Below, in pieces: positions 36,124-50,065 of a stretch of 64,000 bases of DNA. The notes beneath the pieces are model-generated. The model saw only the letters and a list, made by a program, of their open reading frames with translations, was not told where the DNA came from and searched no databases. Source of the DNA: Ptychomitrium polyphyllum (taxonomy: Eukaryota); the NCBI GenBank assembly GCA_973851085.1, contig OZ316776.1:744001-808000 (forward strand), written 5' to 3'. The position numbers were made by a program, and so were the translations under genes. The number at the start of each line of letters is the position of its first letter. Positions within the stretch are counted from its first letter, which is position 1.

Positions 36124-39100
36124 ATGGACGGCAAGAAGTTCCGCACGCAGATGGGCGACCTGGCCATGGGCACAGCGCTGAACGCGGCCGCCCGGGACTA
36201 CCAGAAGGTCAACCTCCTCGCATTGCCGCATTGCCTGCAAATGCACCGCACTGCTTCGTGTTTCGGCATGACTTAGCTTTCAGGGAACTTTTTCTGTGTG
36301 CTGCAGCAGGTTTTTCTTTCTTTTGAAGTTTCTTGAGCGTGTTGTTTTCTTCTTTAGGGTTCTGGTGTGTAGCATTGCGTTTCGATGCACTTCAGATGTG
36401 GAGGCATCTGTTGAATGTGTGCTGAGGATGCGTTTGTCGTTAGGGATCGGTTCACGAGCTTGTCGGACTTCAGCCGGCTCTGAATGTTTTTTAGGTGATC
36501 ACTCGATTTATGTAGTCATGTGGTTTTCGTGGATTTTTTTGGTGATTGTAGAGGAGTATTCGTGTCCTTTTAGGTTTCCGTTAAAGGAACCTTATAGTCC
36601 CGTCCTCTCTGTCTGTGCGTCTGTCCGCACATATCAGTTGAGACTCCACTTAGGACTTCACTTGAGACTTCACGCTTGAGACAGAAACCCGCTGCCATCG
36701 CCTTACTTGTTTCTTGACTAAGCGCATGAATCGCGTTTTGTAAACTTGGACGTACATTGAGGTTCTTTGTAGCTGTGAGAGATTCTTTGAAGAGCATGTC
36801 AGGAGGTGCATGTCTCGTTGAGGCTTCTCATACGTCTTAGAGTCCAGCTAGTTCAGGTTGGCTCGCAGAAAGTCATTTGGCAGGTTTGTCTATGTAAACC
36901 TAGGAGTGATAGTACTTTGGAGCCCTAATGCCAAGCCTAAATACAATCCAGTAATTGTTTTTATTTTGGTTTTTACTTTATGTTTTATAATTTCTAACTT
37001 CCAAGGTTTCCATTGAGTAATTGTTGTTTGATGGAGAAAGCACGGTTGTAGACGTGTTTGATCGCTCCATTTTGATGTGGTGGCCGGTTTGTGTACGCAG
37101 GAGATGGTGGCGCAATATAAGGCTCAAAGTAGTCAACCAAAGCATGAGGAAGTAGACCTCGATGACCTTATGGATGTATGTTCTCTTTGTTCCTAACTCT
37201 TCTATGCGCTTTTATTCACCGGTTTATTAGACTTTTGTTTGCATTTCATTTTGTCATGACCTGGTGGGCATTTCTAAGGCTAATTGCTTATGTACGAGCA
37301 GGATCCTGAGCTGGAAAAGCTACATGCTGAGCGAATTGCCGCCATGAAGGTCTGGTCTCTTCACTTGCTTAGCTGTTTTGTCTGGCTTAGAACAAGGTGT
37401 ATATAGGAGGCATTTATTGCTGGCACTGTTACGTGCGACGTAAACTCTTTCTATTGCATAGTTCATCTGCATTCGTGAACCTATTGGAAGGCGATTACTA
37501 TAGTGAGTTACATGAAGATGTTAGCAGTGCAGAGGGGAGATCCGATCATTGTCCGCATGCATTTCATGTAGAGTTGATGTCTTTGATGTTGTGTAAGCAG
37601 TTATTTTGACATTGAGTATAGATTGGCTTGGAGCTTGTGTTGCGCAGAGGGAGGCAGAGAAGAGACAAAAGCTGCAACAGCAGGGCTATGGAGAATACAG
37701 ATTGGTAAGGCTCTTTCCTTGACACATACTCATGTTTCAGCAACTTGGTCAATTTGAAAATTTGCTTCCATACGCACTAAACTTGGGTATCACTAAGCTT
37801 GCAGCTTGCACGATATTTCTGTATACGTTGGTGATGGTGTTGTTGTATGCAGGTAACAGAAGGGGACTTTTTGAGTGAAGTAACCAAAAGCCCTCGGGTT
37901 GTCTGCCACTTCTACCATCGAGAGTTCATTCGCTGCAAGTAAGTCCATAGGTGCCATGACGACTTTTGTGCCGGTATATACGTTTTTCTTCATTTTTAGA
38001 TTCATAATGACCTTTCATGCATATGGATTGACTATCCTTGTTGGTTTTATCTATTAACAGCTTTTCCCTGGTATTCATCTCAAGAACTTTCTAGCAGTTC
38101 ATGACAGGATGAACTGTATTTGTGTTAGCTTAAAATTGAAGGGTATATGATGACTGCAGGATTATGGATAAGCATTTGAAATTGCTGACTCCGAAGTATT
38201 TTGACACCAAGTTCATTTGCATTGATGCAGAGGTAAGACTTCCGGTCACTTCTTCCTGACACAGAAAGCAGTGTGCAAGCGTCTTTTTTGTGTACAACTT
38301 ACAGCGATTGATTGTCAGGGAGTTTATTGTGTGTCATTATTCCTGATGCTGTTAAGTCTACTCTCTCCTTCCAATCTGTTGCAGTCCCCTCTGTTTTAAT
38401 TGTGCTGCATCTTATTAGTCAGTCTGTTGACATTTGGCATCCTTTTTGTCTATTTTGCAGAATTGTCCATTTTTCGTTACCAAGTTGGCAATCAAAGTTC
38501 TGCCTTGTGTAATTCTATTTAGGTATCTTTCCTCTTTGATTATTATATCCAATCAATTGGGCTGCCTTGTATGGTTCTCAATTATAGAATGTAGAGTTTA
38601 TGGTTTTTATGTATTCAATTTTGGCTTGTCCTAATTCTTGACTGGACGCATTGGGAGCGTGCCTGTTGTAAACATGGACATAAATTAAGGCTTCTTGAAG
38701 CTTTGAGACACTTTAGATGGGCACATCATGAGTCTGTGTGTCCATAAAGGCCTCTCATATATGTATTCTTGGTGATTTACAATCTGCTGTTAGACAATGT
38801 AAAGTCTTGAGGATCCAAGTTCCACAGTGCCGTCTACTGCTTTGTGGACTTGCCATCAAGTTGCTACTCGCTCTTTGCTGTTTTGTTGTGGTCTCTTGAA
38901 GGTATTCTTGTGACCATCTATTGCAACGATTTTTGCTATTTTCTTTAAGTGTGTTTATGTTGTTTGGCTTCACAGGGATGGGGTAGCTGTGGACAGAATA
39001 ATAGGATTTCATGAACTTGGAGGTGTTGATGATTTCGCCACCAAAGCTTTAGAATCTCGTCTCCTTAAAGCAGGTATTCCAAAGCAACTGTTTACTTCTT

Positions 39101-39293
39101 GTTTTTAGCATGACTGTTTCCCCTAATCCATGTACTACACATTGGATGTTAAGTTCAAAAGAGCATGACATGTTGTAGTCTTGATTCGTCTACAGGGTTA
39201 CTCATCACCAAGAAAGCTGTGGATGAAGATGGTGAGGAGAAAGTAGCGAGAACAGTACGGTCGACGGTGTATGCAGACTCTGATTCTGAGTGA
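36124..39293 (+). CDS. PLP3: Phosducin-like protein 3 / thioredoxin domain-containing protein 9, about 9 exons
   Basis: AAARDYQK, EVDLDDLMDDPELEKLHAERIAAMK, QGYGEYR, VVCHFYHREFIRCKIMDKHL, NCPFFVTKLAIKVLPCVILF, ending DSDSE*. Confidence 0.95.
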
Positions 39294-40254
39294 GTGATGT
39301 GACGTATGTTCAACAAGTATGCATCACAGATCACTAGTGTGAGCCCAATTATCTAATCACGGACAAGCCAAGCTACTTCTACTACATCAGGAGCCACTCA
39401 AAGATTGTATGGTTGACTAGTAGAGGTCAGGACAAGCCAGACACTTCCTCTTCATTACATGTGTTATGTAGAAAGGCTGTCTGTTGGCGTCATATAGTTC
39501 AAACCTTTGTCAATAGGGTGAAGTTCAACGTCTACAAGATGATGTTGACATATCAGTAATGAACACAGTTATAACAGGAACTTAGTTTCTGGAGATGGAT
39601 AACATCTTTATTATCCTCCCAAGCTTGAGTAATTTCATTGTAGACACTCTGAGAAGTTATATTTGAATCTGTGGTTCTAATCCAAAGTCAAAACGTTGTA
39701 CGATTTGCACTGACTCTGAGTGCCTGCTTTCCGTGCTTTGGCAATTCACTTTTTTCTCTTTACGTCGGTTCTTTAAAATGTTTGTAGCTTACAACTATGT
39801 TTAGTTAGATCTGCTAATTCATAGCATGGTTGTAGGATCTGCTATCATCTCGTCTGAAACAGTAGATCTATATTTGTACTGCTGTGCCTATTTAGGAACT
39901 ATCTGATTGCTGCACCTGTGCGATAATGCAAATTTCAATTGTACCCACTGCCCATGATTAACGCATATTACTGCTGTGAATACAAAATATGAACTACAAT
40001 AGTATTCAAACTCCGAAGATCTGACGTTATTGATTACTGATTTACCAGGTCGTGTTCACTGGCAGATTGGTACCCACAACCATTGTCCTCCTGATCTAAC
40101 CCTAGTCCTGTGAAAGGCAAAGGATTCGAGAAGAAAATCCGGTACTAAATCTATTCAGAAACCACCACTTGTTCGTTCTATATTGTAAGGGAAAAGTTTT
40201 GAACTGGAATTCAAAGATTCCCAACTCTCATATATTTTGCCATCCTGTTCCAAC

Positions 40255-40783
40255 TCATTTGCAGCGCTTTAACTCTCTTGCATACCGGTGTTTGTCTGCC
40301 TCTGCCTTCTTGATGTATGGCTGGATTTGTACATTATCCATCTGCTAACTTGTTAGGCTTGTGAGAGATTCCTTTCGTGATATACAAACTTCATTGCCTT
40401 ACCATTGATTATGTGAACGTGCACAATCTGTGTGGATTTGGACGTATTCATTAATTAATGTGCAGAAATTGGTTTGAACTTCAATGCGAAAGAGGAAGAG
40501 TGCGAACCTTCTTGTCTTTCGCGGACATCTGCTGCCATTGCGCACCCAGTATTCTCCCAACTTCGGTGAACGGAATGTTGGGATTGTCAGCAGTCACATT
40601 GGCATGCTGGTCCTTACAGAAGAACATGTAAGGGCCTAGGGCTCGCTTGGGGCGCCACGCTAGCTCCTTTCTCTTCAATTTCTTGGCGGCCCGCTTGGCT
40701 GAGATCGCCTTGCGGATGCGGGAGGCTGAGGCTTTCGACGAGCCTCGCCTCCCCCCTTGCGCTGATACTCGTGCCTTCGCAAT
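40255..40783 (-). CDS. Single HMG-box protein (HMGB/NHP6-like) with basic N-terminus, 2 coding exons (40783?-40508, 40320-40255); start uncertain
   Basis: RPKRALGPYMFFCKDQHANVTADNPNIPFTEVGRILGAQWQQMSAKDKK|PYIKKAEADKHRYARE is a complete HMG box. No in-frame ATG lies upstream of it. Confidence 0.85.
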
Positions 40784-41404
40784 GTTCGCTAGCTTTTCAC
40801 CACCGGAAATTTTGTTAAAATCTCAAATCTAACGCAGCCTCGACCTTCAAATTTCGATTCGCACGAACTACTACCTCACAGGAAGGCGACTCTGCACCAG
40901 CAAAATGATAAGAAGGACCTCAGGTGCAAATGTACAGCGAGCAAAGAGAGCCGAACTGCTTTAGTTTCCCAAAGCACGGGCGTCAAGCCAGGCTGGAAGA
41001 GACAGGGATGTGCAGAGATCCATATGGTCACAGGCATATCTACATCTAGGAACACTGCTGTTTGAGAAAGGATATCTTGCCGCGAGGTAGATCGAGCAGA
41101 CGCAAAGAGCGTCTCGCCACAGCTCGAAGCCCTTACCTGCACAAAACCGTTTGGAACAGAGAGTGACGAAATGGCAACTGGAAAGCTGTCAACCTCTACC
41201 TGGCATGCTCTTGTATGATCCCACATGTGCCCAGCAGGGTTTGGGTTCCCTTCGTTAGCTTATAAATCTCGTCGTCTGGTTCGTGTGCTGGAATTATTCG
41301 TTTTTTGAATATTTCTGTGGAAGTCTGTGGGGACAATTTTGGGGTTGATTGTCTGGAGTTGGATTATTGCGAGAACAATCGATATTGGAAAGAGGGCGGG
41401 CAAG

Positions 41405-42097
41405 ATGGTGAGGGGAGGGGGGTTGATTAAGCAGACGATCTTCAACAAGTCACTGCTCAAGTATCTTGCGTGTCCGCTCTCCAAAGAGCCTCTCAGGTAT
41501 TTGTTGCATGATTGTGGACTTCCTTGTCAGATTAGGGTTAGAATCTGGTGACGTAGAATGGAATTCGCCTGTGTAGTTTGCATTGTGGGGTTTTCTGGCG
41601 CACGCCTAAGACCCGTTTTTGATTGCGCATCGGATGTTGTGTAGTTCTACTCTAATGTGAGTAGGAGGTTTGGAAATTCTAGGAATGTGGTGCTTTTGTA
41701 GGGGCGTTTCGTAAGTTTTGGCAGCTTGTTTAGCAGATCGTTCCACTTGTGATGATATTGTGGTGAAATTCAATGCTGCAGATATTGCGAGAAGTCGCAG
41801 GAGCTTGTGAGTGACACAATTGGCGTAGCTTACCCTGTCAGTGGCCAAGTACTTAGTCCCCATTCATGGAATCTTGCACCTTAGAACAATAATCAACGGT
41901 TACGAATGGCGTTGCTCTGTGATGTTTTTTGGCGTTTGAAGCACATAACAGGGATATGTGTGGATATTTTCGGTGTGTGTGCGGATACTGTTCGTCATTT
42001 TCTTGTGTTGTCATGTGCACAGATTATTGATGGAATTCCGTGTCTAATTCCCATGAGAGGACGTATTCTTGACAGCTCCAACGATGACTCGAGCTGA
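41405..42097 (+). CDS. Trm112-like / UPF0434 (PREY-like) small protein, 3 exons (41405-41496, 41782-41836, 42023-42097)
   Basis: Spliced product LLKYLACPLSKEPLRYCEKSQELVSDTIGVAYPIIDGIPCLIP matches the Trm112p domain pattern. Confidence 0.9.
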
Positions 42098-45000
42098 ACA
42101 AAGTAATCTTCGACCAACGACGTGGTGATCGAAGCTCATCACTCTCGCCTTGCCTTCTGTAGCAATCATGTGTGCGTCAACATGAATTTATAACAAGTGC
42201 GTCAGGAAAGCATCACGAACTGACTTTACGATGGGACATAATCGTAAGTTTACATTGTTCTCTGAACCAGCACTGCTGCTTGAAATCTTATGTCTTATTT
42301 GAGACTATCTCGACAAAAGCAATTACAGTGGTCTTATTAATTGATTTCTTGTTCTTTGGTTTCCAGCTCCACTCATATTTATCTGCTATAACGTAATTAT
42401 ATTGTGATCACGGTCGTTGGTCCAGTTCTTGCATGTATGCTGGACAAAAAAATAACTTTCATAATTGCTTCGGCAGTGTATATATATCTCTGTTGCTGGC
42501 TTTAGCAAATCTTTAGGTTCTGCCTATCGTTTTCCTCAGCATCAATCCCGTCAAGCATATAAGAGATCAAGTCTCCATAGGTGCACCTGTTAAGGTTCAA
42601 GAGTTGTGATCTTTTAAGACATGAAGGTGCTTGTGTTTTATGATTGTTTGCCTTTGCGGGGGTCCTAGATGGAGGGATTTGAATGAAAACCGAGACGAGG
42701 GCAGTACTGGTGATTGAAATCTCATGCTTTTGAAATATCGATCTTTAATTTAATTATACGTTAGGGAATCGTTACGTCCATTTCTAATCGCCATCTTCTT
42801 TGTTGTTGTCTGCGACCTGCAAGCCCTGAATAACGTGATCTATATGCTCATTTCATAGTTTGCGTTCAGGAACAAGCCACTTCGGGACCCTCCTTTATGT
42901 CTGCTAATAGACTTTCTGTTTGCAAGTATGGTTGCAGTTACAACTAAGAATATACTCATTTAAAAACTCATTAAATTTCACACTTTCTATGTGCTTTCTA
43001 TGATGTGATGTGAACTCATGCGCAACAATTAAACAAACTCAGACGTCGTGCAGGATCATCATCATATGCTTTGAAATAGTGTAATGAGTGGTAGTAGAGG
43101 TGTGAAATAAAATAGGTCTCTTCTCTACACATCACCATTCTGACCGATGAATAGTACCCCTGTATAATTGTGTGGACCCTGTACACATGCTGGTGGAGTA
43201 TCACGAACTTTGAATCTGCCACAGGAACAAGTGGGAGTGGAAATGGTAACCAGAAGTTACTTCAGGGCTATTGATTGACCACAAACTTTTCGTTACAGTG
43301 GTAAGCAATTAGGTCATTCGGAGCTCTTAAATTAACAGCTCAACAAACGTTTCTTCTCTTGAGACATGCACTGAACCTTGTATGCTTTAATCAAAGATAA
43401 AAAGTTGGAGCAAATTCTTGTGACGAAGTATCAAAAGCACGCAGCTGTCATACAAGAATCATTGTCACATAAACCTCCTTCAACACAAAATAACTCACAT
43501 TTCACTTTATGTTGCCGAATAAAAAAGCATTGAAGAGTTATACGGTTCACAATCTCCAAGTCCATCTCTCTTGTGCAACGCAGTTGAAAGCCTGTGTGGA
43601 GCCAATGCCGAGGTCTTCACATTTATACAAACTTTACAGCTTTCATTGCAAAATGCTTGTTTTTTCCTTCAATATTTCCAAAACTTAAATCGGACAATCC
43701 AAAATGAACATCAAAATCTACACTACCCTTTAGATCCAAAATCGAAATTTCTTTTAAAAGAAAAAAAATTCAATCATTTGTTTGAAATTGCAATTATAAA
43801 TTCCACTCTCCTATTACATTCTAGTTCTGAAGAATGGACAGTGTTTACATGTTTGGCAATCACCTCCCTTCCTTTGTTGGTGCCACTTTCATGAAATAAC
43901 TTCAGCAATTATCTCGTTTCAAAATCATAATTTAATTAAAAGGTTGCTTGAAGTGCAAGGATACACAAGTTCTTTGCATTCTTACATTCTTTGACCTGCT
44001 AATATACTATGTTTTTAAAGAAAACATGTTCAAAGAACATTAAAAAATGTAAAAAAAGGAATTATTTTCCCCCTATATTTGTAATAACTTTGATCTACTT
44101 TGACATTCACACAATTACTCCTCGTGAACAATGTGGTAGTAATGTATGTAACAAGGCAATGACACTCTAAACCATCCTTTTAAGGAATTCCCTAAAACCT
44201 ATGAGTAGCTTTGTTAAAGATATTAGTTAACTACCAAGTACAAATTCAAGAAATATTGCATCTACAAGGAACGGAGCGAGCATATGGTAGAAGCATTAGT
44301 TCATGAAAGAAATGGAGTGAGCATATGGTATAACTACAGTAGGTACTGGTTTCCATCCCAGAACGTGGCACTCAGGTATTAGTAAGCTTCTTGCCTGTCA
44401 ACTGATCATGTAGACATTAGAGCTACTGTGATAGAGTTTTTGTGCTTTTAATTCCATATTTTCATCAGTCAGTCCTCCCAAGCATGTAATCATCCCAAGC
44501 TACCTATTGCCTCATCCACAGTTGCTAAGTGAAATTGAGACAAGTCCATTACAGGATTTGACTGTACAATTGAGTCGTTATTCTGTAAGATTCTGGAACC
44601 TGATTACTCTAATCAATCTAACAAAATTCAAGACCTACATATTTCTAATTCCAATGAAGCTCCACCAAACCCAGCATATTTAATATTAAGTCATCAGAGG
44701 GGATTTTGATGATGACCCCTAGTGAGCATGCCTGAGTCATGGATCTTGAACCAACTCAATAACACTCCTGATTCTGATGGTGGTGAACACTACACACAAC
44801 CCTGTTTGTTGCTCAGTTGCAGAATGCCTGTATCACATTATTGTCATGGTGAACAGGTGGACAACAAACATTTTAAGGGAATGGGTGTGACTGCAAACTA
44901 AAAGCAGCCAAACGTCACTTTAGTCATTCACATATCACTTGCCTTGCTCTGCTCCCAGCCTCTTCCGTGTTGCATTTTTACTGATGATGTGACTGTCACA

Positions 45001-45751
45001 AAGTAACATATTTCTGTGAGACAATTTTATTGCCCAACTTTATTCTTGTCTTCAGAGATAGATTCCGTGTTATGAAGCACAGCTTATGAAGGCATATATG
45101 TTTCTGTTTCTTTTCAAAATTTAAAGTTCTTCAGCTTTGCTATTTTAGGGTTGTTCCACAAAAACAAATATGAATTTGTTTGAAATGGGTAATGTCGTAA
45201 TGCTCTGATTGTTGGAGCATGGTATGTTGCAAGAAATCATTTGATTGTTGCCACAACCACAGGAAAGCTGACCTTTAATAACCAACAGTACCGTTCTGTT
45301 ACTCTCACTGGCACTTTGAGATGAGTTAAGGGAATTATCTGATGCAGAAACAGTTGAAACTTCAAACCTAAGTTTTCTGCTTGCATGGTAAAACTTTTTT
45401 TCATTATTAATGTGCAGGAAGGGAGGTTTATTGCGTGAGCAATTACCAATGTGGATAAATCTTTGCTCCATGTAGACTCAAGGATTGCAGCACAAAGGAC
45501 TTGTAAAGGCAATCTTTCTAAACATCTTCAAATGTTTTTAGTGTAAGTAATTAGGGTACAGGTAGAATTGTGCTCAAACTCAAGGAAATCAAGCAAATTT
45601 GAATGTGAGAAAAGTGACGAAGGAAGGACCAATACCGGAGGGGAAGGGAGGGGCAGGAGGGAAGGGAGGGAAGGGTGGCAGACACCACCCAGGTGGACCA
45701 AAGGTGCGCCAACTCAAGGGCAAAGGGAAGGCAAAGGAAACTGGGGATGTC

Positions 45752-48010
45752 ATGGATCACGGAGAGATTTGGACCACAAGGGTGTTGAGCACCAAACGTC
45801 TCCATTCTCTGCAACCATTTCAAGCTATAATAGGCATGATATCCCAGACAAAATCCTCACTTGATTTGCAACACAGTTACAGTAGTTTTGTTTCTTGTTC
45901 AGTGATTGGTGCATTACCTGAAATGAGTGTATGCTTTTGACAAATAATTTTGTTGCAGTTTGATGGGCCCTCACATTATGTAGATTGAACTTTGTCCCTA
46001 CCACAGATGGGCAAATTAGCATTGATGAAGTGGAAGCAGAGGAAGTGGACATGAGAGCTGAATTCTCTTGCCCATATTGCTATGAAGAGTTCGATGCAAA
46101 TGCTTTGTGTGTGCACATTGAGGATGAACACTGCTTGGAATCCAAGGTTGCTGTAAGTATCAGAAACCAAAGAGTCTACACTGTATAAGAAGTTTTAGTT
46201 GACTCACTATTTAGGCTTTATTTCAGCTACATGAGTGACTTGTGTACATTACTCCTCTTCTTCTACATCATCAACCCATAATATCAAAGAGTATAATCTT
46301 TTGAACAGCAAAAGTCATATGATGACAAATATATCTAACATGGGTTAATCTCAATTCTTAAAGCTTTGTAGATGCCATCTCTCTGATCATTCTAGATTAA
46401 ACGTTTATTTTAGATTTTCCTATTATTTTAGATTGAAATCCATATATTCTAGAGCTATTTGCATATTACAGAGGTTAGTCAATATGCTGCTTTTTCATCC
46501 CACATTTCATCATAATTATAACTTTTCTCATGTTCCATCACACTAGAGAGCATGAGTGATAGTGCTGGTCTAGTTGTGATGACCAATATCACTCACCTAT
46601 CCTCACTTTTTATTACTCTTTTGACTTTTATTCTTACTTTTGGTTTGACAGAGGTTTGGATTGGTTCCTACAAATTAGCTAGACAAATGTAATGTACAAT
46701 TACTAATAACTCTAATCTTTGATAAAGATATTCCATTTCATGGTCCAATTAAACAAATTAGGAAGTAATTAATGGTCAAAAGTTGTATTCTGCATGAAAA
46801 TTTCAGGAGTGCCCAGAGTTTCCAGTTTCAAAATACTGGAGACATGCATGGGATTCTAACAACTAAGGAAACATTTCATGAGTGAGAAACTGAATGGTAT
46901 TAATTATGTGAATACAGACATGTCCTATTTGTGCAACAAGGATTGTTAAAGACATGGTGGGACATATTTCTCAACAACATGGCCAGTACTTTAAGATATC
47001 CTCATATGTGACTTCAAGCACTCCCAATGTTTGTCATTTGCAAATGTCTAGACTGGTATTTCAAGCAACTGTGGTTTGTCTTGATTTTAAGGAATCTTGT
47101 TATGTGTGCTACATAACTTAAACAAAGCTTATTAGGTTACACACACTTGCTTAAATCCATGTAGGTTACTTCAAAGCTAAGGCTTCAATGATTTGGTGCC
47201 ACCACATGTCTTTGGAATTGGTGACAACATATGATTATGTAACAACTTTTAGTTCTGTTGTTGCATTTGGTAGAGGAAGTGCAGACACATGAGTCCTGAA
47301 AATTCTGACGTTTAGCAAGGTGTTAAACATTTTATGTATGGAAATATTAAAACTAATGAAAAAAACATTTTTAGTGTGTATTGATGAAATCCTTAACAAA
47401 AAGCTTACATGCATCGTTGGAGGAAATTTAAAAGGGCTGGAGCACCTTCAAACGCCACACTATCTCTTTTGGGCAAGGAGTTGCGAGAAGCACACTTGGG
47501 GGACCTAATAGAGGGCACATCTGGAAGTGGTGGTCTTATAACCAATCCAATTGATCCACTTCTTGCTACCCTTATGTATAATGTTCCTATCACAGAAGTG
47601 GTCAATGCTTCAAAACCAGCCTCAAATGTCATTGAGACAATTGCTCCTAAACAAGCTCTTCCATCTTTGAGCCAGCATCTCAAGCTCAAGTATGCCACTT
47701 TATAAAATGCTAGTTGTATTATCACTAATTTTGACTGATTCCACAACTAAGAAAATGGTTTCTGAACCAAAAAAAATTTGAACTGCTTGCAATTTTTATT
47801 GATTTTTTCTTAGTGCAGGAATGTGAATGTTCAAGTCCAGTGGTGGCTGCAATTCTTTTCCTTGTTTTGAAAAAGTTATATGCTGTTTTGACATCCAGTG
47901 CTGAAACCTCGTTGAGTATGGAGGAGCGCAGAGAGAAGCAAAAAGAAGCTGAGATACGTGCAAAATTTGTGCAAGAGCTAGTCTTGTCCACACTTGTTCC
48001 CAAGAAGTAG
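45752..48010 (+). CDS. Di19: Drought-induced 19 (Di19) zinc-finger protein, 5 exons
   Basis: FSCPYCYEEFDANALCVHIEDEH, TCPICATRIVKDMVGHISQQHG, TLSLLGKELREAHL, DPLL and C-terminal RAKFVQELVLSTL. Confidence 0.93.
46996..47408 (+). other. U12-type (minor spliceosome) AT-AC intron in Di19
   Basis: 5' end ATATCCTC, branch site TCCTTAAC at 47390-47397, terminal AC at 47407-47408. Removal joins GQYFK to MHRWRKFK in frame. Confidence 0.9.
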
Positions 48011-50065
48011 AGATTTGAGCCTTTCCTTTCTCCTGTGTTTTAAAATTGTCATCACCACTTCAACAGATATCAGGTATGACTAGTACATGTGTAGACCAAG
48101 GTAGCATGGAAGTTGTAACAGGTACAGTATGGTTTGTGTAGAAAGTGTATAGTACATATACATGTGAACCACAAGACTAAATTACATTTTCACAAATACT
48201 GCTCTGAGCAAATTTGGATGTTTGGATACTGGTTTGTCATTATTGCCAAGTCCCTATTCAGTATGCCCTACTGTGAATGTGAATGTGAACTTGGCTTTTG
48301 TAATTAGTGATTTTGAAAGACACACTAAAATTTTGAAGTACAAAAAAATCAGATGTGCAATTCTCACAACCCTTGACATTGAAAAGTATGCACTTTGAGA
48401 TTTTAATGGATGAAAATGCGTTTATTGGTTATAAGTGTTTATGGATTATTTGTATAAACACATAAAGCATGACGTCCTTCCATTTAGTATTAATTGCTTG
48501 ATTTTAGTGAACTTGGAGTCAAAGATTTACTTGTAAATCTTTGGTGGATGTTTTAACGTATTGAGAGGTATGTGAATTTTAATGTAAAAACAGCATGCTT
48601 GTTATTTGAATGCAGATTATTTGTTGAATGGTTATATGCCTTGGGAGGTGCATTTTGGTGTAGAATGAGTTGTGGCTGGTGTAATGTGCTTGGTAGTGGG
48701 TTCAAGGCCCTATATATAGAGTCCCTCCTCTTTGGATGTGTTGCAAAGTTCACAGCTTCATGTAGCTGATGATGCACCTGATTGATCAAAGCTGCTCAGA
48801 GTTGACTTGGAAGGGTTTTGAATGTTGTGTGTGGAATGTTTGTGTGTGCATGGTTTGTTTCATAATCAGATTTTAACTGGAATCTGGACTGCTAGATTCA
48901 TGCCCCCATGTTCATGCCATTAGCCCTAGCAAGACTCTGATCATCAATTGCTTAAAGGATCAGTTTTGATTGCTATAACAGAAGGGTGTCTTGTATCTTT
49001 GCACAACTTGGTGTCTGTAATGTTGTGCAAACAGGTGCACAGAGATACTAAACACCCCTCCAACACACCCAATACATTCCTTCAAAACAAAAAAGGAGTT
49101 GGTAAGTGGACCATGTATTTATTTGAAAGAAATTGGGGCCTTTGTGCAGGAACCTGCAAGTCTAGCATAATAAGAATCAAGTATTCAGGACCTACACAAG
49201 AAGTTCAAATCTAGCAATCAACCATTGCAACATTTTCAATTCATGATTGAAATTGAAATTTTTGGTGTCTATTACAATTTCCATGACCCTTTGCACCTTT
49301 TGAGATGAAGACCTTGCAAGTTCCCTTCCCTCAAAGATTAAATGCATGCTAGAGTTAGAAGGCATAACCAATGCTGTAGTTTAGTACCATCAGATACAAG
49401 TGACAAATTTGTTTGAAGAAAGGTGAAAAGCTTGTTTGAAGAAAAGTACAAATTTAAAAGTGGCTCAGAGCAGCCATCCCTTGTTGTTGTGTATTTCATA
49501 ATCTGCAACAGATGCAAATTATCCTTGGCTCCATGGTGGAAAAAATAGTGCATTTCCCTACGGCACTTTGTGCATTCTCAATCCTTGCAGCAGTGTACAG
49601 CATGCTATTCTCTTATTGAGTACATACAAACAAAGCAATCCATGTTCTTTGTTGTGTGTCATACCTAATACTGTAAGTTCAATTTTTAACACAACAGTGA
49701 AACAATCTGTTTTACCTTATACAGCTAAATTGCAGTGGACAGTTTTACATATGGGTGCATGTCTTCATAAGATTCTTTAGCTACATGACCTTATACCACT
49801 ACTACACTGAAACAATTAGGTCAAATACTATGTTGATAACAGTGTCTAGTATTGTTTTGCACTTGAAGAAGTGGAGTATTACTTTAATACTATCCATCAA
49901 AGACCAGTATGTTAAGGATGAATACTTCAATAATCAGCTTACAAATGGAAGAGAAGGGCTGTAACAAAGCATACACTCTCAGAGCCTATGCTCACCCTCA
50001 TACTCCAGCATCTAGTCACCGTGGTGCGAGGCCATCAATTGTTATGTTTTGCCTGGAGAGCAGAA

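Noticed and set aside
38523..38975. PLP3 intron starting GTATCTTT as U12-type
   Set aside because: Donor deviates from GTATCCTT and there is no TCCTTAAC-like branch site close to the acceptor.
49321..49340. miR477-like TCCCTCAAAG
   Set aside because: Only a short partial match and no fold-back arm seen.
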